Shown here: in pieces, positions 48,380 to 58,277 of the stretch | Numbering within the stretch: position 1 is the stretch's first letter | How the letters are laid out: every line of letters starts with the position of its first letter | Virus record (IMG/VR): IMGVR_UViG_3300048694_000674 | Span: 77,394-141,393 of that record | Reading direction: 5' to 3' (one strand) | DNA: 64,000 bases | Origin: a virus | Notes under the pieces: generated by a model | What the model saw: only the letters and a program-made list of their open reading frames with translations | Databases searched by the model: none | What the model was told of the DNA's origin: nothing | Program-made: the position numbers and the translations under genes

Positions 48380-49079
48380 CATAAGCGACTCTGATGTATA
48401 AATAGCTATATGTAAGTCTCTTTATACATCGGAGTGCAGCTTGTTTTATACAATCTATAAAATTACTAATAATCTTAATGATAAGTTTTATGTTGGTAAA
48501 CATAAAACTATCGATCTTAACGATGGTTATATGGGTTCTGGTAAACTTATCAAACACGCCATAGAAAAATATGGCTTAGAAAACTTTACTAAAGAGATTT
48601 TGCATGTTTTTGATAATGAAGAAGACATGAATAATAAAGAGAAAGCACTTGTTGTATTATCAGAAGAGTCATATAATCTATGTCTAGGCGGTCATGGTGG
48701 ATTCGGTTATATCAATAGTAATGAATCGCTGAGAATAGAAAAGAATAAAAAAGCCATGAGAACTGTTATCACCAAATACAAAGAAAAAATGAGTGAATGG
48801 GGTTCTAAGGGCGGTAAAAAGAAATATGAAAAATATGGTGTTAATGAAAAATGGCTTCAAGCTGGACGAACTTCATTTTTGGGAAAACAACATTCGAAAG
48901 AAACTAAAGAATCGATAGGTTTGAAGAATTCTATACACCAGACTGGATCTAAGAATTCTCAATATGGAACCTGTTGGATTACCAACGGTAAAGAAAATAA
49001 AAAGATCAAGAAAGAAGAACTTGACATTTGGATAGAAAAGGGCTATTATAGAGGTAGAATAATTGCGGGTCTGGTATAG
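48380..49079 (+). mobile_element. SegB-like GIY-YIG endonuclease cassette 2 (CDS 48441-49079, TTG start)
   Basis: Paralog of cassette 1 with same leader; stop codon lies inside tRNA-Gly. Confidence 0.88.
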
Positions 49080-49140
49080 AAAGATGTGCCCTAGCCTTCC
49101 AAGCTAGAGAGGACCAGAGCGTTACTGGCGACCCGCTCCA
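49065..49140 (+). tRNA. tRNA-Gly(TCC)
   Basis: GCGGGTC/GACCCGC, CTAGC-CTTCCAA-GCTAG, TCCA. Confidence 0.85.
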
Positions 49141-49144
49141 TTCT

Positions 49145-49215
49145 TGTCGCTGTCAGTACTGATGGGAAGTACAGATGGACAACACTAGGACACCGTTCGA
49201 ATCGGAGCAGCGACA
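49145..49215 (+). ncRNA. tRNA-like element without a clear anticodon arm
   Basis: TGTCGCTG/CAGCGACA stem, GTACT/AGTAC D-like arm, CCG-TTCGAAT-CGG T-arm, no CCA. Confidence 0.5.
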
Positions 49216-49225
49216 CTCAAATAAT

Positions 49226-49302
49226 GCGCATGTAGTCCAATGGCAGGAGACGACAGTCTTAGAAGCTGTACAGTGTAAGTTCGAGTCTTACCATGCGCAC
49301 CA
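49226..49302 (+). tRNA. tRNA-Leu(TAG), short variable loop
   Basis: ACAGT-CTTAGAA-GCTGT, ACCA. Confidence 0.85.
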
Positions 49303-49306
49303 ATAT

Positions 49307-49380
49307 GCCATCTTAGTGTAATGGTAGCACAAGAGTTTGTGGCACTCTTAGCACTGGATCGTAACCAGTAGATGGTACCA
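49307..49380 (+). tRNA. tRNA-His(GTG), no G-1, A73
   Basis: AAGAG-TTTGTGGCA-CTCTT anticodon arm; T at -1; ACCA end. Confidence 0.88.
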
Positions 49381-49389
49381 TAAGAATAT

Positions 49390-49473
49390 GCTGAGGACGC
49401 CTGAGTGGACGGGCACCCGACTGTAAATCGGACGCTTATAGCATGGTAGGTTCGAACCCTACTCTCAGCACCA
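49390..49473 (+). tRNA. tRNA-Tyr(GTA)
   Basis: CCGA-CTGTAAA-TCGG, variable arm, ACCA. Confidence 0.88.
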
Positions 49474-49477
49474 AATT

Positions 49478-49550
49478 GCCGATGTAGCTCAGTTGGGAGA
49501 GCAATCGCTTCATACGCGACAGGTCGCTGGTTCAAGTCCAGCTTTCGGCA
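49478..49550 (+). tRNA. tRNA-Met(CAT) (elongator Met or Ile2), CCA not encoded
   Basis: Loop TTCATAC. Confidence 0.8.
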
Positions 49551-49552
49551 CT

Positions 49553-49628
49553 GGGGGATTAGCTCAGTTGGGAGAGCGACTGCCTTGCACGCAGTAGGTC
49601 AACGGTTCGATTCCGTTATCCTCCACCA
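49553..49628 (+). tRNA. tRNA-Ala(TGC)
   Basis: G3:U70, loop CTTGCAC, ACCA. Confidence 0.92.
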
Positions 49629-49635
49629 TTTTTTT

Positions 49636-49711
<76 letters not shown>

Positions 49712-49826
49712 GAGATCGAAATGTGGGGACACCGCACAATAGATAGGCGCCATCTGCGCTGCGCAGGTATAATGCAAGGGTGTTAGGTTTTGATAGTTTG
49801 TACCTTAAACAACTATCAGAGTTTAT

Positions 49827-49902
49827 TGCGGGGTAGAGAAGCGGCATCTCGTCAGCCTCATAAGCTGAAGATCGTGGGTTCGAGTCCCACCCTACGCAAC
49901 CA
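49827..49902 (+). tRNA. tRNA-Met(CAT), initiator-like
   Basis: TGCGGGGTAGAG..TCGTCAGC-CTCATAA-GCTGA..AACCA. Confidence 0.85.
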
Positions 49903-49960
49903 AATTAGCTATTTACTTTTATTCCGTTATCAGGTATACTATGTGTATATGATGGAGTTC

Positions 49961-50200
49961 ATGACTATGAGTAATGTAGTTTATCTATATAACAGGATAA
50001 ATAGGAAGCTTGGCGAAATAAATGGAGTAGTTGTTGAGCATCCTCAAACATGCTACGAATATCTACTCCTTTGTAAAAGGTTTCTAACAGACAACGACTA
50101 TAGAGAAGTTCTCTGTGCTATTATGGATCTCGATTACTATAACAAAGCCGAAAAACAGATACAAAAGGTTGTTGACGCTTATCGAGAATTTCGAGTCTGA
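49961..50200 (+). CDS. Hypothetical protein
   Basis: Early-type promoter TTTACT-N17-TATACT and GGAG RBS upstream. Confidence 0.55.
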   Translation: MTMSNVVYLYNRINRKLGEINGVVVEHPQTCYEYLLLCKRFLTDNDYREVLCAIMDLDYYNKAEKQIQKVVDAYREFRV

Positions 50201-50227
50201 ATAAATATATTACTAGTATGGTTTTTT

Positions 50228-50302
50228 GGACCCATAGCTCAATGGTAGAGTAGCGGTCTTTTAAACCGTTGGTTTCGGGTTCGAGTCCCGATGGGTTCAC
50301 CA
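50228..50302 (+). tRNA. tRNA-Lys(TTT)
   Basis: GCGGT-CTTTTAA-ACCGT, ACCA. Confidence 0.9.
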
Positions 50303-50448
50303 TTTCTTTTTAAAGTTTTTTATTATGAATATTCGTGAAATATTATGTGTTTTTATTATGTGTAATTGGATGGCAATATCAGTTGGTATTATGCTGTTTG
50401 CCATTCTAATCTTGAAGTGACTATCTTAAACAACTATGGAGTAAACAA

Positions 50449-50994
50449 ATGCAAAAGACTATCGTAACGGCGCTTGCTATTCTTGCGTCAACAGCTGTAG
50501 CTTCCGCTACTGATCTGCCAAGCAAGAAGGCACCTGCTGTTCCTGTATTTGCGCAGAGCCAGTATTATGTCGGTGGCAATGTCGGGGCAACAACAGGAGC
50601 AGATCGCGTCTATTCTGGTGGAGCTGTTGCTGGTTGGAACGTCCTTCCGTTCCTCGCAGTAGAAGGTACATATGATCTTTCTCGCCCAGATGAAAAGATT
50701 GCAGGAAAATTCAACTACCAAAACACAGGTGCAGTAAATGTTGTGCCAAAGGTTGTTGTTCCTGGAACTGACATCAGCGTATATGCAATTGCTGGTCTCG
50801 GCTATCGTATGAACAGTGTTTCTTCCGTAAAGGATTACTCTGTTTATAACATCGGTGGTGGTGTTCGCTACGAACTATCAAAGTCAATCGATGTTGATGG
50901 ACGTTACCGCAGAGTTGAAGCTCTTGAGGACAAGAATCGTACAGCTAAGTCGGCTGAGGATCGCGTAACTCTTGGCGTAAACTATAAGTTCTAA
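50449..50994 (+). CDS. Outer-membrane beta-barrel protein (Omp25/RopB-like)
   Basis: Signal peptide, A.DLPSKKAP, YVGGNVG, C-terminal LGVNYKF. Confidence 0.85.
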   Translation: MQKTIVTALAILASTAVASATDLPSKKAPAVPVFAQSQYYVGGNVGATTGADRVYSGGAVAGWNVLPFLAVEGTYDLSRPDEKIAGKFNYQNTGAVNVVPKVVVPGTDISVYAIAGLGYRMNSVSSVKDYSVYNIGGGVRYELSKSIDVDGRYRRVEALEDKNRTAKSAEDRVTLGVNYKF

Positions 50995-51422
50995 TGATTC
51001 GAAAGGCGATTCTTGAGGATCTTGAGTCGATCTTAGAAATCGAAAAAACTTTTGGCGCAGAGGCTTTTACAAGAAGGTCTCTGCGTCATCACATTGTGAA
51101 CCAAAAAACATTAGTAATAGATGATAATGGTGTTCGTGGTTATAGCATAGTTCTAGCTCGGAAAGGTTCAGCTAAAGCTCGGCTATATTCCATAGCTATA
51201 GCTGAGCCATATCGGGGCTATGGTTACGGTCAAGCTTTGCTAAAGGCAAGCGAAAGCTTCGCTATAAGCTCATTCGGGGCGATTGGAATGACGTTGGAAG
51301 TCGCTGAATCTAATAGAGTTGCTCGTCGCTTTTATAGCGATTTTGGGTACTTTGAGGTAAAACAGATAGAAAACTACTATCAAAACGGTGATCGCGCCTA
51401 TAGGCTCTGGAGGGCTTTCTAG
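50994..51422 (+). CDS. RimI-like GNAT acetyltransferase
   Basis: LYSIAI..PYRGYGYGQALL, LEVAESN..A..FY..FGY, YY.NGD.A. Confidence 0.85.
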   Translation: MIRKAILEDLESILEIEKTFGAEAFTRRSLRHHIVNQKTLVIDDNGVRGYSIVLARKGSAKARLYSIAIAEPYRGYGYGQALLKASESFAISSFGAIGMTLEVAESNRVARRFYSDFGYFEVKQIENYYQNGDRAYRLWRAF

Positions 51423-51431
51423 CCCTATTCG

Positions 51432-51560
51432 TAAGTAATTGTTTTTATTAGGGTTTATAATATATTGCTAAGTCATTGATTTTATTAGCCTAAAAAAAGT
51501 TGAAAGAAAAGCAAAAAAACCAAAAAAATGCTTTACTTATTTCCAAATCGGCGGTAGAAT
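51432..51560 (+). promoter_or_regulatory. Early promoter with two IHF-like sites and A-tracts
   Basis: TAAGTAATTGTTT, TAAGTCATTGATT, TTTACT-N17-TAGAAT. Confidence 0.7.
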
Positions 51561-51590
51561 GTATTATAAGTTGAGGAAAGGAAGGTAAAA

Positions 51591-51791
51591 ATGACTAGAA
51601 TGGAAAAGACGGTTCGCGCTCTCGCGAAGAAACTAAAGTTCGTTCCCGTGGCCAAAACTCCCTATTTTAACGGTCCCGAGTTCAAAATGGTCGCCTTCAA
51701 TGATGAATTCGTTCTTTTTTCTAATGGTTCGGTGATTGAATGGGTTTCAATGAACGGTCATTACGACGGTCGGTTTGAAATGGGGGTCTAA
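51591..51791 (+). CDS. Hypothetical early protein
   Basis: ORF after promoter. Confidence 0.6.
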   Translation: MTRMEKTVRALAKKLKFVPVAKTPYFNGPEFKMVAFNDEFVLFSNGSVIEWVSMNGHYDGRFEMGV

Positions 51792-51835
51792 TCCCCCATT
51801 TTTCTCTTTACTTTTATCCGAATACGCGGTAGAAT
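51778..51835 (+). promoter_or_regulatory. Stem-loop plus early promoter
   Basis: AAATGGGGG/CCCCCATTT then TTTACT-N17-TAGAAT. Confidence 0.7.
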
Positions 51836-51863
51836 GTATTATAAGTTGATGAAAGGAAATCAA

Positions 51864-52058
51864 ATGTACGCTTTATTCGCAGGTGATAATTATTATCCAG
51901 GTGGTGGTTGGGCTGACTTTGTTAAGTCTTTTGACACTTTAGACATGGCAAAAGACTATGTCCAACACAATGACGCAGTTTGGGATTGGTATCAGATCGT
52001 TGACCTAGCCAATCAAAAGGTGGTCGATGCTTCGGCTGACTATGATATGGATGCTTGA
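51864..52058 (+). CDS. Hypothetical early protein
   Basis: YALFAG.NYYP.GGW.DF, W.WYQIVDL. Confidence 0.6.
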   Translation: MYALFAGDNYYPGGGWADFVKSFDTLDMAKDYVQHNDAVWDWYQIVDLANQKVVDASADYDMDA

Positions 52059-52084
52059 TTTATACAATACTGAGGAGAGGTGTT

Positions 52085-52516
52085 ATGGCTACTCGTTCTA
52101 TGATTGGTTTGAGTGATGGAAAAGCAATAGTTGCAATTTACTGTCATTATGATGGTTATCCGCAACATGTCGGTAGAATTCTATTTGAAAATTATGATTC
52201 CGTCGATAAAGTCCAAGAGCTTCTAAAGCTTGGTAATCTTTCAAGTCTTGGGAAAGAAATCGGCGAAAAACAGGATTTCAATAATCCAACCGATCGTGAT
52301 TGGTGTTTGGCTTATGGTCGCGATCGTGGCGAACGAAATCAGGAAGCAAAGTCGTTTCATTCTCTTTTCTATGCAGCGAATCATTTCGACCATTGTGATT
52401 ACTTCTATGTCTTCGAAGACAATCGTTGGCAGTTTATGCGTAACGGTAACAAAAATCTTATTCCGCTTGAGGAAGAACATATCTGGAGTTTCTTATACAA
52501 CTGGATTAACTATTGA
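52085..52516 (+). CDS. Conserved phage early protein
   Basis: MATRS.IG...IYCHYDGYP..VG..L, AYGRDRGE. Confidence 0.7.
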   Translation: MATRSMIGLSDGKAIVAIYCHYDGYPQHVGRILFENYDSVDKVQELLKLGNLSSLGKEIGEKQDFNNPTDRDWCLAYGRDRGERNQEAKSFHSLFYAANHFDHCDYFYVFEDNRWQFMRNGNKNLIPLEEEHIWSFLYNWINY

Positions 52517-52541
52517 CTTTTATCCGAATACGCGGTATACT
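52513..52541 (+). promoter_or_regulatory. Early promoter
   Basis: TTGACT-N17-TATACT. Confidence 0.7.
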
Positions 52542-52565
52542 TAGTATATGATGAGGAGATGTGAT

Positions 52566-52778
52566 ATGACTGTGAATGAATTATACACGATTTCTGAACG
52601 AATCGATCAGCTCGCATCTGATGCATATGGTTTCAATTGGTCGCCTCTTCAGATTATCGAAGAGATCCGTCAATTGGCTGACTTTATCCGTGATGATGCC
52701 GATACTCTCGCTGAGCAGATTGCTTCATCTATTAGCGAAACAGATATGTGGTACGATACTTCCAAAGAACTTGCATAA
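52566..52778 (+). CDS. Hypothetical protein
   Basis: GAGGAG RBS. Confidence 0.55.
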   Translation: MTVNELYTISERIDQLASDAYGFNWSPLQIIEEIRQLADFIRDDADTLAEQIASSISETDMWYDTSKELA

Positions 52779-52846
52779 AATATGCCTTGCCTTTTTTCTA
52801 AAGATAGGGTATAATTATATTATAAGTTGGAAGAAAGGATTTCGTT

Positions 52847-53704
52847 ATGCCTCGTGGTGTACCTAAGAATGGTTTTCGTAAGACTCGTCAAACCTATGGT
52901 GAGCGTATCGCTAATATCAAGATAGCTTATGAAGCCTCTAGTAAAGAGACCGAAGAACAAATCGATGCTCGTATCACTGAGCGATTCGAGATTCTTGATG
53001 TTCTGACCGAAGCTTGTATCGTTGGCAATTCTCGCGCTCTTATCGTTTCTGGTCCTGCTGGTTTGGGTAAGTCCTATACTGTCGAGAAACGATTATTGGA
53101 ATGGGATCCAAGCCAAGACAATCATGTTATTGTCAAAGGTTACGTTCGTGCGACTGGTTTGGTGAAGCTATTGTATCAATACAGTCAAGAAGGTCAAGTC
53201 ATTGTATTTGACGATGCCGATGCTATCTTCTTCGATGATGTATCATTGGCTTTGCTAAAGGCAGTTTGTGATACGACAGAACATCGAGTTGTTTCATGGT
53301 TGTCCGAAGGTAAGTTGTTTGATGATGAGACTGCCAGAATCATTCCTCGTTCTTTTGAATTCAAAGGTACGATTATCTTCATCAGCAACTATGACTTCGA
53401 TGCAATGATCGATAAGAATCATAAACTCGCTCCGCATCTTCAAGCTATGGTTTCTCGCTCGCATTATATTGATCTTGCGATGAAGTCAAAGCTTGATTAC
53501 ATTGTTCGCATTCGTCAGGTTATTCGTCAGGGTTTGTTGGATCATTTGACCGAAGAACAACGTATAGCGGTAACGAACTTTATTGAGAAGCATTCTAACA
53601 ATCTTCGCGAGCTTTCGCTTCGTATGGCTATCAAGCTTGGCAATCTTGTAAAGCAGGGCGAAGATTGGGAACGTATCGCCAAGATTACTTGTTGTAAGAA
53701 CTGA
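52847..53704 (+). CDS. AAA+/P-loop ATPase
   Basis: GPAGLGKS Walker A, IVFDDAD Walker B, IFISN, SRS. Confidence 0.85.
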   Translation: MPRGVPKNGFRKTRQTYGERIANIKIAYEASSKETEEQIDARITERFEILDVLTEACIVGNSRALIVSGPAGLGKSYTVEKRLLEWDPSQDNHVIVKGYVRATGLVKLLYQYSQEGQVIVFDDADAIFFDDVSLALLKAVCDTTEHRVVSWLSEGKLFDDETARIIPRSFEFKGTIIFISNYDFDAMIDKNHKLAPHLQAMVSRSHYIDLAMKSKLDYIVRIRQVIRQGLLDHLTEEQRIAVTNFIEKHSNNLRELSLRMAIKLGNLVKQGEDWERIAKITCCKN

Positions 53705-53716
53705 AGGAGAGAACTG

Positions 53717-56645
53717 ATGACTCCCGCATTCAAAGTTACATATAACGTGAAACACATCAATAAGAAATCAGCTCTTTATGGGCTGGTCTCTTTTGATCAG
53801 TACTGTACGTTTGGCACTCTACAATCAGCAATCAAGTTTGCCAAAGATATGAAGAACAAACGTACATCTAAGATTCAGGTTGTTGGTATTCCAACTATTG
53901 AGCGGATCTAATCATGATTGTAACGACCAAGTACCACATCGGGCACACTTATTGGGTTCCCCGTTCATTTTTGATAAAGGAAAAAGAAGAGTTACAGTTC
54001 GAAGGTGAGACTTGGTTTCGTGATATTGAGAAGTATGAAGCTTCTGTCAAACAGAAAAAGATCATCAAGATAAACATCGATGTTCATTGTACTGGTAAGA
54101 TCTTTGTCAAGTATTATGTCGTCAACAATGATGGCAAAGAACAGATGAGTCAGGTCCATATGGAAGATTCGATCAATGACTATACTCGAGATGAAGCACT
54201 GGCAATTGCACAAGAGTATGCCGAGAATCAACAAATCTATTATGGGAATTGAGTGATGGAAGAAGTCTATATCTTATACCACTTTTCTCATTTCCATTCA
54301 GTCTGGGACAGCAAAGAGAAAGCTGTTGCTTTTGCAAGAGATTACACTAGTCGCTTCAAGCATTTGAAACACGCTGGTGCTATCAACTTCTATATCACCA
54401 AAGCAACTATGAACAATACCAAACACGATATGCGAGATCATATGATCTGGTCGAGTTGGTGGAATGGCAGAGAAGAGATTGCCAAATTTGGAGGTGAGTG
54501 ATGAAATTCCAGTGGCAAACCATGACTGACTTTGCAAAAAATGTGCTGAATAAACTCGGCGCTGTTCCAAAGAGCGAGTATGATAAAGTAGTCGTATACA
54601 ATCATAGGCTTCATGCTGAATTACGTATTCTGGCAAAGAACTCAGCTAAAAGCTTTCCATTTGCGATTGAACCAGATGTAGCGGTCAGCTATGATAGAGC
54701 CTATCAAGGATATAGAGTGACACTTCAAACTAAACAGAGAACGTTCATTATTCCAGATTATGAATTACATACTGTAAAGAATACTGAAGTGTATAGGAAG
54801 CATTTTATTGATCAGCTCTCAAATGATTGGGCTGCCCAAACTGAAAAAGTTCTTGATGAAATGGTAGGGAAGATGTGATGACTGAGAAACTTGAAATGCC
54901 GCTTGAACAGTTTGCTAAAGCTGTTGCAAAAGAGAATGCTAGGCTAACGGAAGAAATCGAACGATTGAATAAAGATCTTCGATTGTCAATTATGTCAGAT
55001 ACAGAATATTGTGCTCTTTTAGAGAAAGAAAACGAACAGCTTCGACAAACATTGCAAATGGGTACAGCAACCCAAGAGTCTGAAAAAATTTATAAGCTTA
55101 TTGTCGATAATGAAAGATTGATTTCTGGTCCAGGTGGCATCATGGAAATGAAGCAGACCATTGCTGATAAAGAAACTCGTATCGATAAGTTGGAAACAAC
55201 GATGCGGGAAATCATATGGCAAGCAAGGCAATATGAAATACCGCCTACTGTTATAACATTAATGATTGTTCGAATGGCTGAGGAGGCGTTGAAATGACTG
55301 ATGTAACTGAAAGTATCAATGCTCTCCTTGAAATTCAAGGACTAGATCTGTCTAAAGTTATTGATCACAATGCTCTAGGTAATCTTTTGATTGAATGCCG
55401 CGATGAGATCGAACGTCTCAGAAGCGATTTACATGTTGTAACAAAAGCAAATCAACATGGCGGAGATCGAATAATTAAATTGCAAGAGACGTGTCACAGA
55501 CAAGCAGCAATTATTCGTAAATTGCTTCCAGAAAGCTTTCCTGATACATTGTTCATCTCTAGTGTTGCTGGTAAACGCGACATGAACAACATGCCAGAAA
55601 AGATTTTGGTTTGCCCAGCATATGGTGTTGACTTTTCTTACATTTACGAGTATACTGGTAAAACAACTGGACCTGAATGGTGAAGTGATGAATCAGGAAA
55701 TTGCAAATGCTATAGTTAAATGGGGTGATCATGAAGATTTAGACAACTTCCTTGTCATCACAGATGAAACAATAACCAAATTAACTAGATGGCACGCTCA
55801 TGTTTTTCAAATACATCAAGACAAACGCGACGGTAAGTATTGGCGTATTGAATGGATGCGTGGTGCGACTGAAATGCAGGATGAAGGACCAGAAAATATT
55901 ATCTTCTATGAAGTTGTGCCAAAAGAAGTTACAGTCGTAAAATTTATGAGGGTAGAGTGATGTCAACACAAATCAATAATAATACAAATGAAGGTGGTAT
56001 CGGTTTCATTGGTTTACTGACGATCGCTTTCATCGTTTTGAAACTTACCAATTATATTGATTGGTCATGGTGGTGGGTTCTTTCGCCAATTTGGATTGGT
56101 TTGTTATTCATCATTGCTGTTTTTGGATTGTTAATCGCACTTGATCGATAGAGGTAAACATGAGCAACTATAAGAACCACGCGATGACAGAGTTTCGTGC
56201 AGCTGGTTTTGTCGATGAAAATGGTAAGTACTCTGATGAGATGCAGCAAGCAATTTGTGAGCACGTATTGAAGCTACTTGAAGTGTTTGATGAAGAAGGA
56301 CACTCTGGTTCTTCAGCACCATATGCTATCAATATGTTTGAAAAGCTTGCCAAGTTCGAACCTCTCGTTCCATTGACTGGTGAAGATTGGGAATGGGTTG
56401 ACGTTTCAGATTACAGTGCTGACCACATGTGGTATCAAAACAAACGTTGTGGTCATGTATTCAAAGGTGCCGATGGTCGCGCTTATGACTGCGATGGTAA
56501 AATCTTTTGGGAATGGTGGACTGATCCAGAAACTGGCGAGAAGCATAAGTCACATTACATAAACAGAGACAGTCGAGTTTATATTGAGTTCCCATACGCA
56601 CCAACTAGCGAATATGTCTATCGCGAATCAGGAGCTGAAGGATGA
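53717..56645 (+). CDS. Run of nine small coupled hypothetical genes (53717, 53914, 54253, 54498, 54875, 55294, 55688, 55957 membrane protein, 56160)
   Basis: Tightly packed co-oriented ORFs; no recognisable enzyme motifs. Confidence 0.6.
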
Positions 56646-56716
56646 GCGATCACGCAGTTGAAATGATATGCTGGACGACAGTAGTTATTTTCTTTTTATG
56701 GATGACGTTCAGATAA

Positions 56717-57013
56717 TTACTTCTTCTCTGGCTCTTTGCCTTCAGCTTTCTTCTTAGCTTCAGCAAGAGTCTTATAGATCGCATTCATGTTCTTCTGACA
56801 TTCAGTGTTCTTACCATGCAGTTCGGTCAATAGCTTTGCTACCTGACCATCTGTCAATGTTTCTGGATTTGGAAACCGACGAACATTCTGACAATAAAAC
56901 ATCGTACGCTCAGGAACATAGACCTGAATCTCTGTCTTTGTGAGTACCTGTTCTGGCTTAGAAGCGCAGCCGACTAGCCCAAGAGCAACGATTGGAACAA
57001 TAAACAATTTCAT
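56717..57013 (-). CDS. o-spanin-like lipoprotein
   Basis: Lipobox LVGC, two further Cys; overlaps upstream TM protein. Confidence 0.7.
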   Translation of the reverse strand: MKLFIVPIVALGLVGCASKPEQVLTKTEIQVYVPERTMFYCQNVRRFPNPETLTDGQVAKLLTELHGKNTECQKNMNAIYKTLAEAKKKAEGKEPEKK

Positions 57014-57357
57014 TTTGGTGCATCCTTTAGTTTCGCGACAGTCTTCTTTAGAATATCAGAAGCTGGTTTGTTACCATCTTTGTTGTTGTCGATATCAGTA
57101 TTGATGTTATCAAGCTTGTCTTTGAATTGCTTCTTATCGGCAGCATTATGGGCAGTTATCTCTTCTTGAATTTTGTCCATATCAGCTATCTTCTGCTTGA
57201 GGATTTGCTGATCTTTGATGTTCTGTTCTAATTGTTTTTGATTGTATTCGAGAAGAGCTTCTCTTTCGATACCAGATCGCCATGAGTAATAAATACCAGT
57301 GAGCGCTCCCATTAGAATAATGACACCGTATATGATAAGTGGAATACGACCGAACAT
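57010..57357 (-). CDS. i-spanin-like protein
   Basis: N-terminal TM helix then coiled coil; GGAGGA RBS and minus-strand TATAAATA at 57384-57391. Confidence 0.7.
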   Translation of the reverse strand: MFGRIPLIIYGVIILMGALTGIYYSWRSGIEREALLEYNQKQLEQNIKDQQILKQKIADMDKIQEEITAHNAADKKQFKDKLDNINTDIDNNKDGNKPASDILKKTVAKLKDAPK

Positions 57358-57400
57358 ACTATGATCCTCCATAACTCTAATGTTATTTATATAAAGGAAC

Positions 57401-58021
57401 TTGACCATGCGTGTAAAAATTGGACCATATCGCGACTGGATCGGTCCATATCAGATAGCGGATGCCATCTTTTTCTGGATTAAAAAGAATCCTGATCTGA
57501 TTGGTGACGAAAAACTTATAGGTCGATGGGACTACAGCGCTGCTTTTAAGCTAGGACATTGGCTGAATAAGACATGGGTTTATCGCTTCTGTGATTGGAT
57601 TGATAAGAAGAAAAAGCGTAAGATCAAAGTAAGAATCGATCCATACGATACATGGGCTATGGATCATACTCTTGCATATATTATCGCTCCTATGCTTCGT
57701 CAGCTAAAGGATACTATGCATGGAAGTCACTCTGTCAATGATGAAGATGTTCCTGAGGAGATCAGATCAACTAGTGCTCCACCTCTGACACAAGATCAAA
57801 AAGATAATGGTTATACAGATGATTTTTTTGAACAACGTTGGATATGGGTTCTTGATGAAATGATCTGGACTTTCGAATGCCTTCAGGATGAATATGATAT
57901 GTGGGACCAATTGATCGACGAAGATGGTACATATGATTTAGCGAAACGTGAAGAGCTAGAAAAACGTATCGCCAACGGACTTCGTTTATTTGGCAAGTAC
58001 TACCGTTGTCTGTGGGATTAG
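57401..58021 (+). CDS. Conserved phage hypothetical protein
   Basis: DTWAMDHTLA.II.PML.QLK, W.WVLDEMIW.F, GLRLFGKYY..LWD. Confidence 0.7.
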   Translation: MTMRVKIGPYRDWIGPYQIADAIFFWIKKNPDLIGDEKLIGRWDYSAAFKLGHWLNKTWVYRFCDWIDKKKKRKIKVRIDPYDTWAMDHTLAYIIAPMLRQLKDTMHGSHSVNDEDVPEEIRSTSAPPLTQDQKDNGYTDDFFEQRWIWVLDEMIWTFECLQDEYDMWDQLIDEDGTYDLAKREELEKRIANGLRLFGKYYRCLWD

Positions 58022-58022
58022 A

Positions 58023-58274
58023 ATGAAACAGCTGCCGCCGAAAATTGAAAATATGCAGATAGTTTCAGAAGAGATTGTCAGATGGTGCGCAGAACAAATG
58101 ACCCAGCTATCTGAAAATTCAGATCTAGAAATTGAGGAAAATAGTTTCATAAAGTGCCTCGAAGTTGCTGATGAGTTACGAGAAGCTGGGCTTACACCAA
58201 TCTTTCTTTGCACTCATTCATTTAGACATCTTACCGTAACATCAAAAGAGAAGTTACAAAAAAAGTTTCACTGA
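58023..58274 (+). CDS. Hypothetical protein
   Basis: Coupled ORF. Confidence 0.55.
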   Translation: MKQLPPKIENMQIVSEEIVRWCAEQMTQLSENSDLEIEENSFIKCLEVADELREAGLTPIFLCTHSFRHLTVTSKEKLQKKFH

Positions 58275-58277
58275 CCC

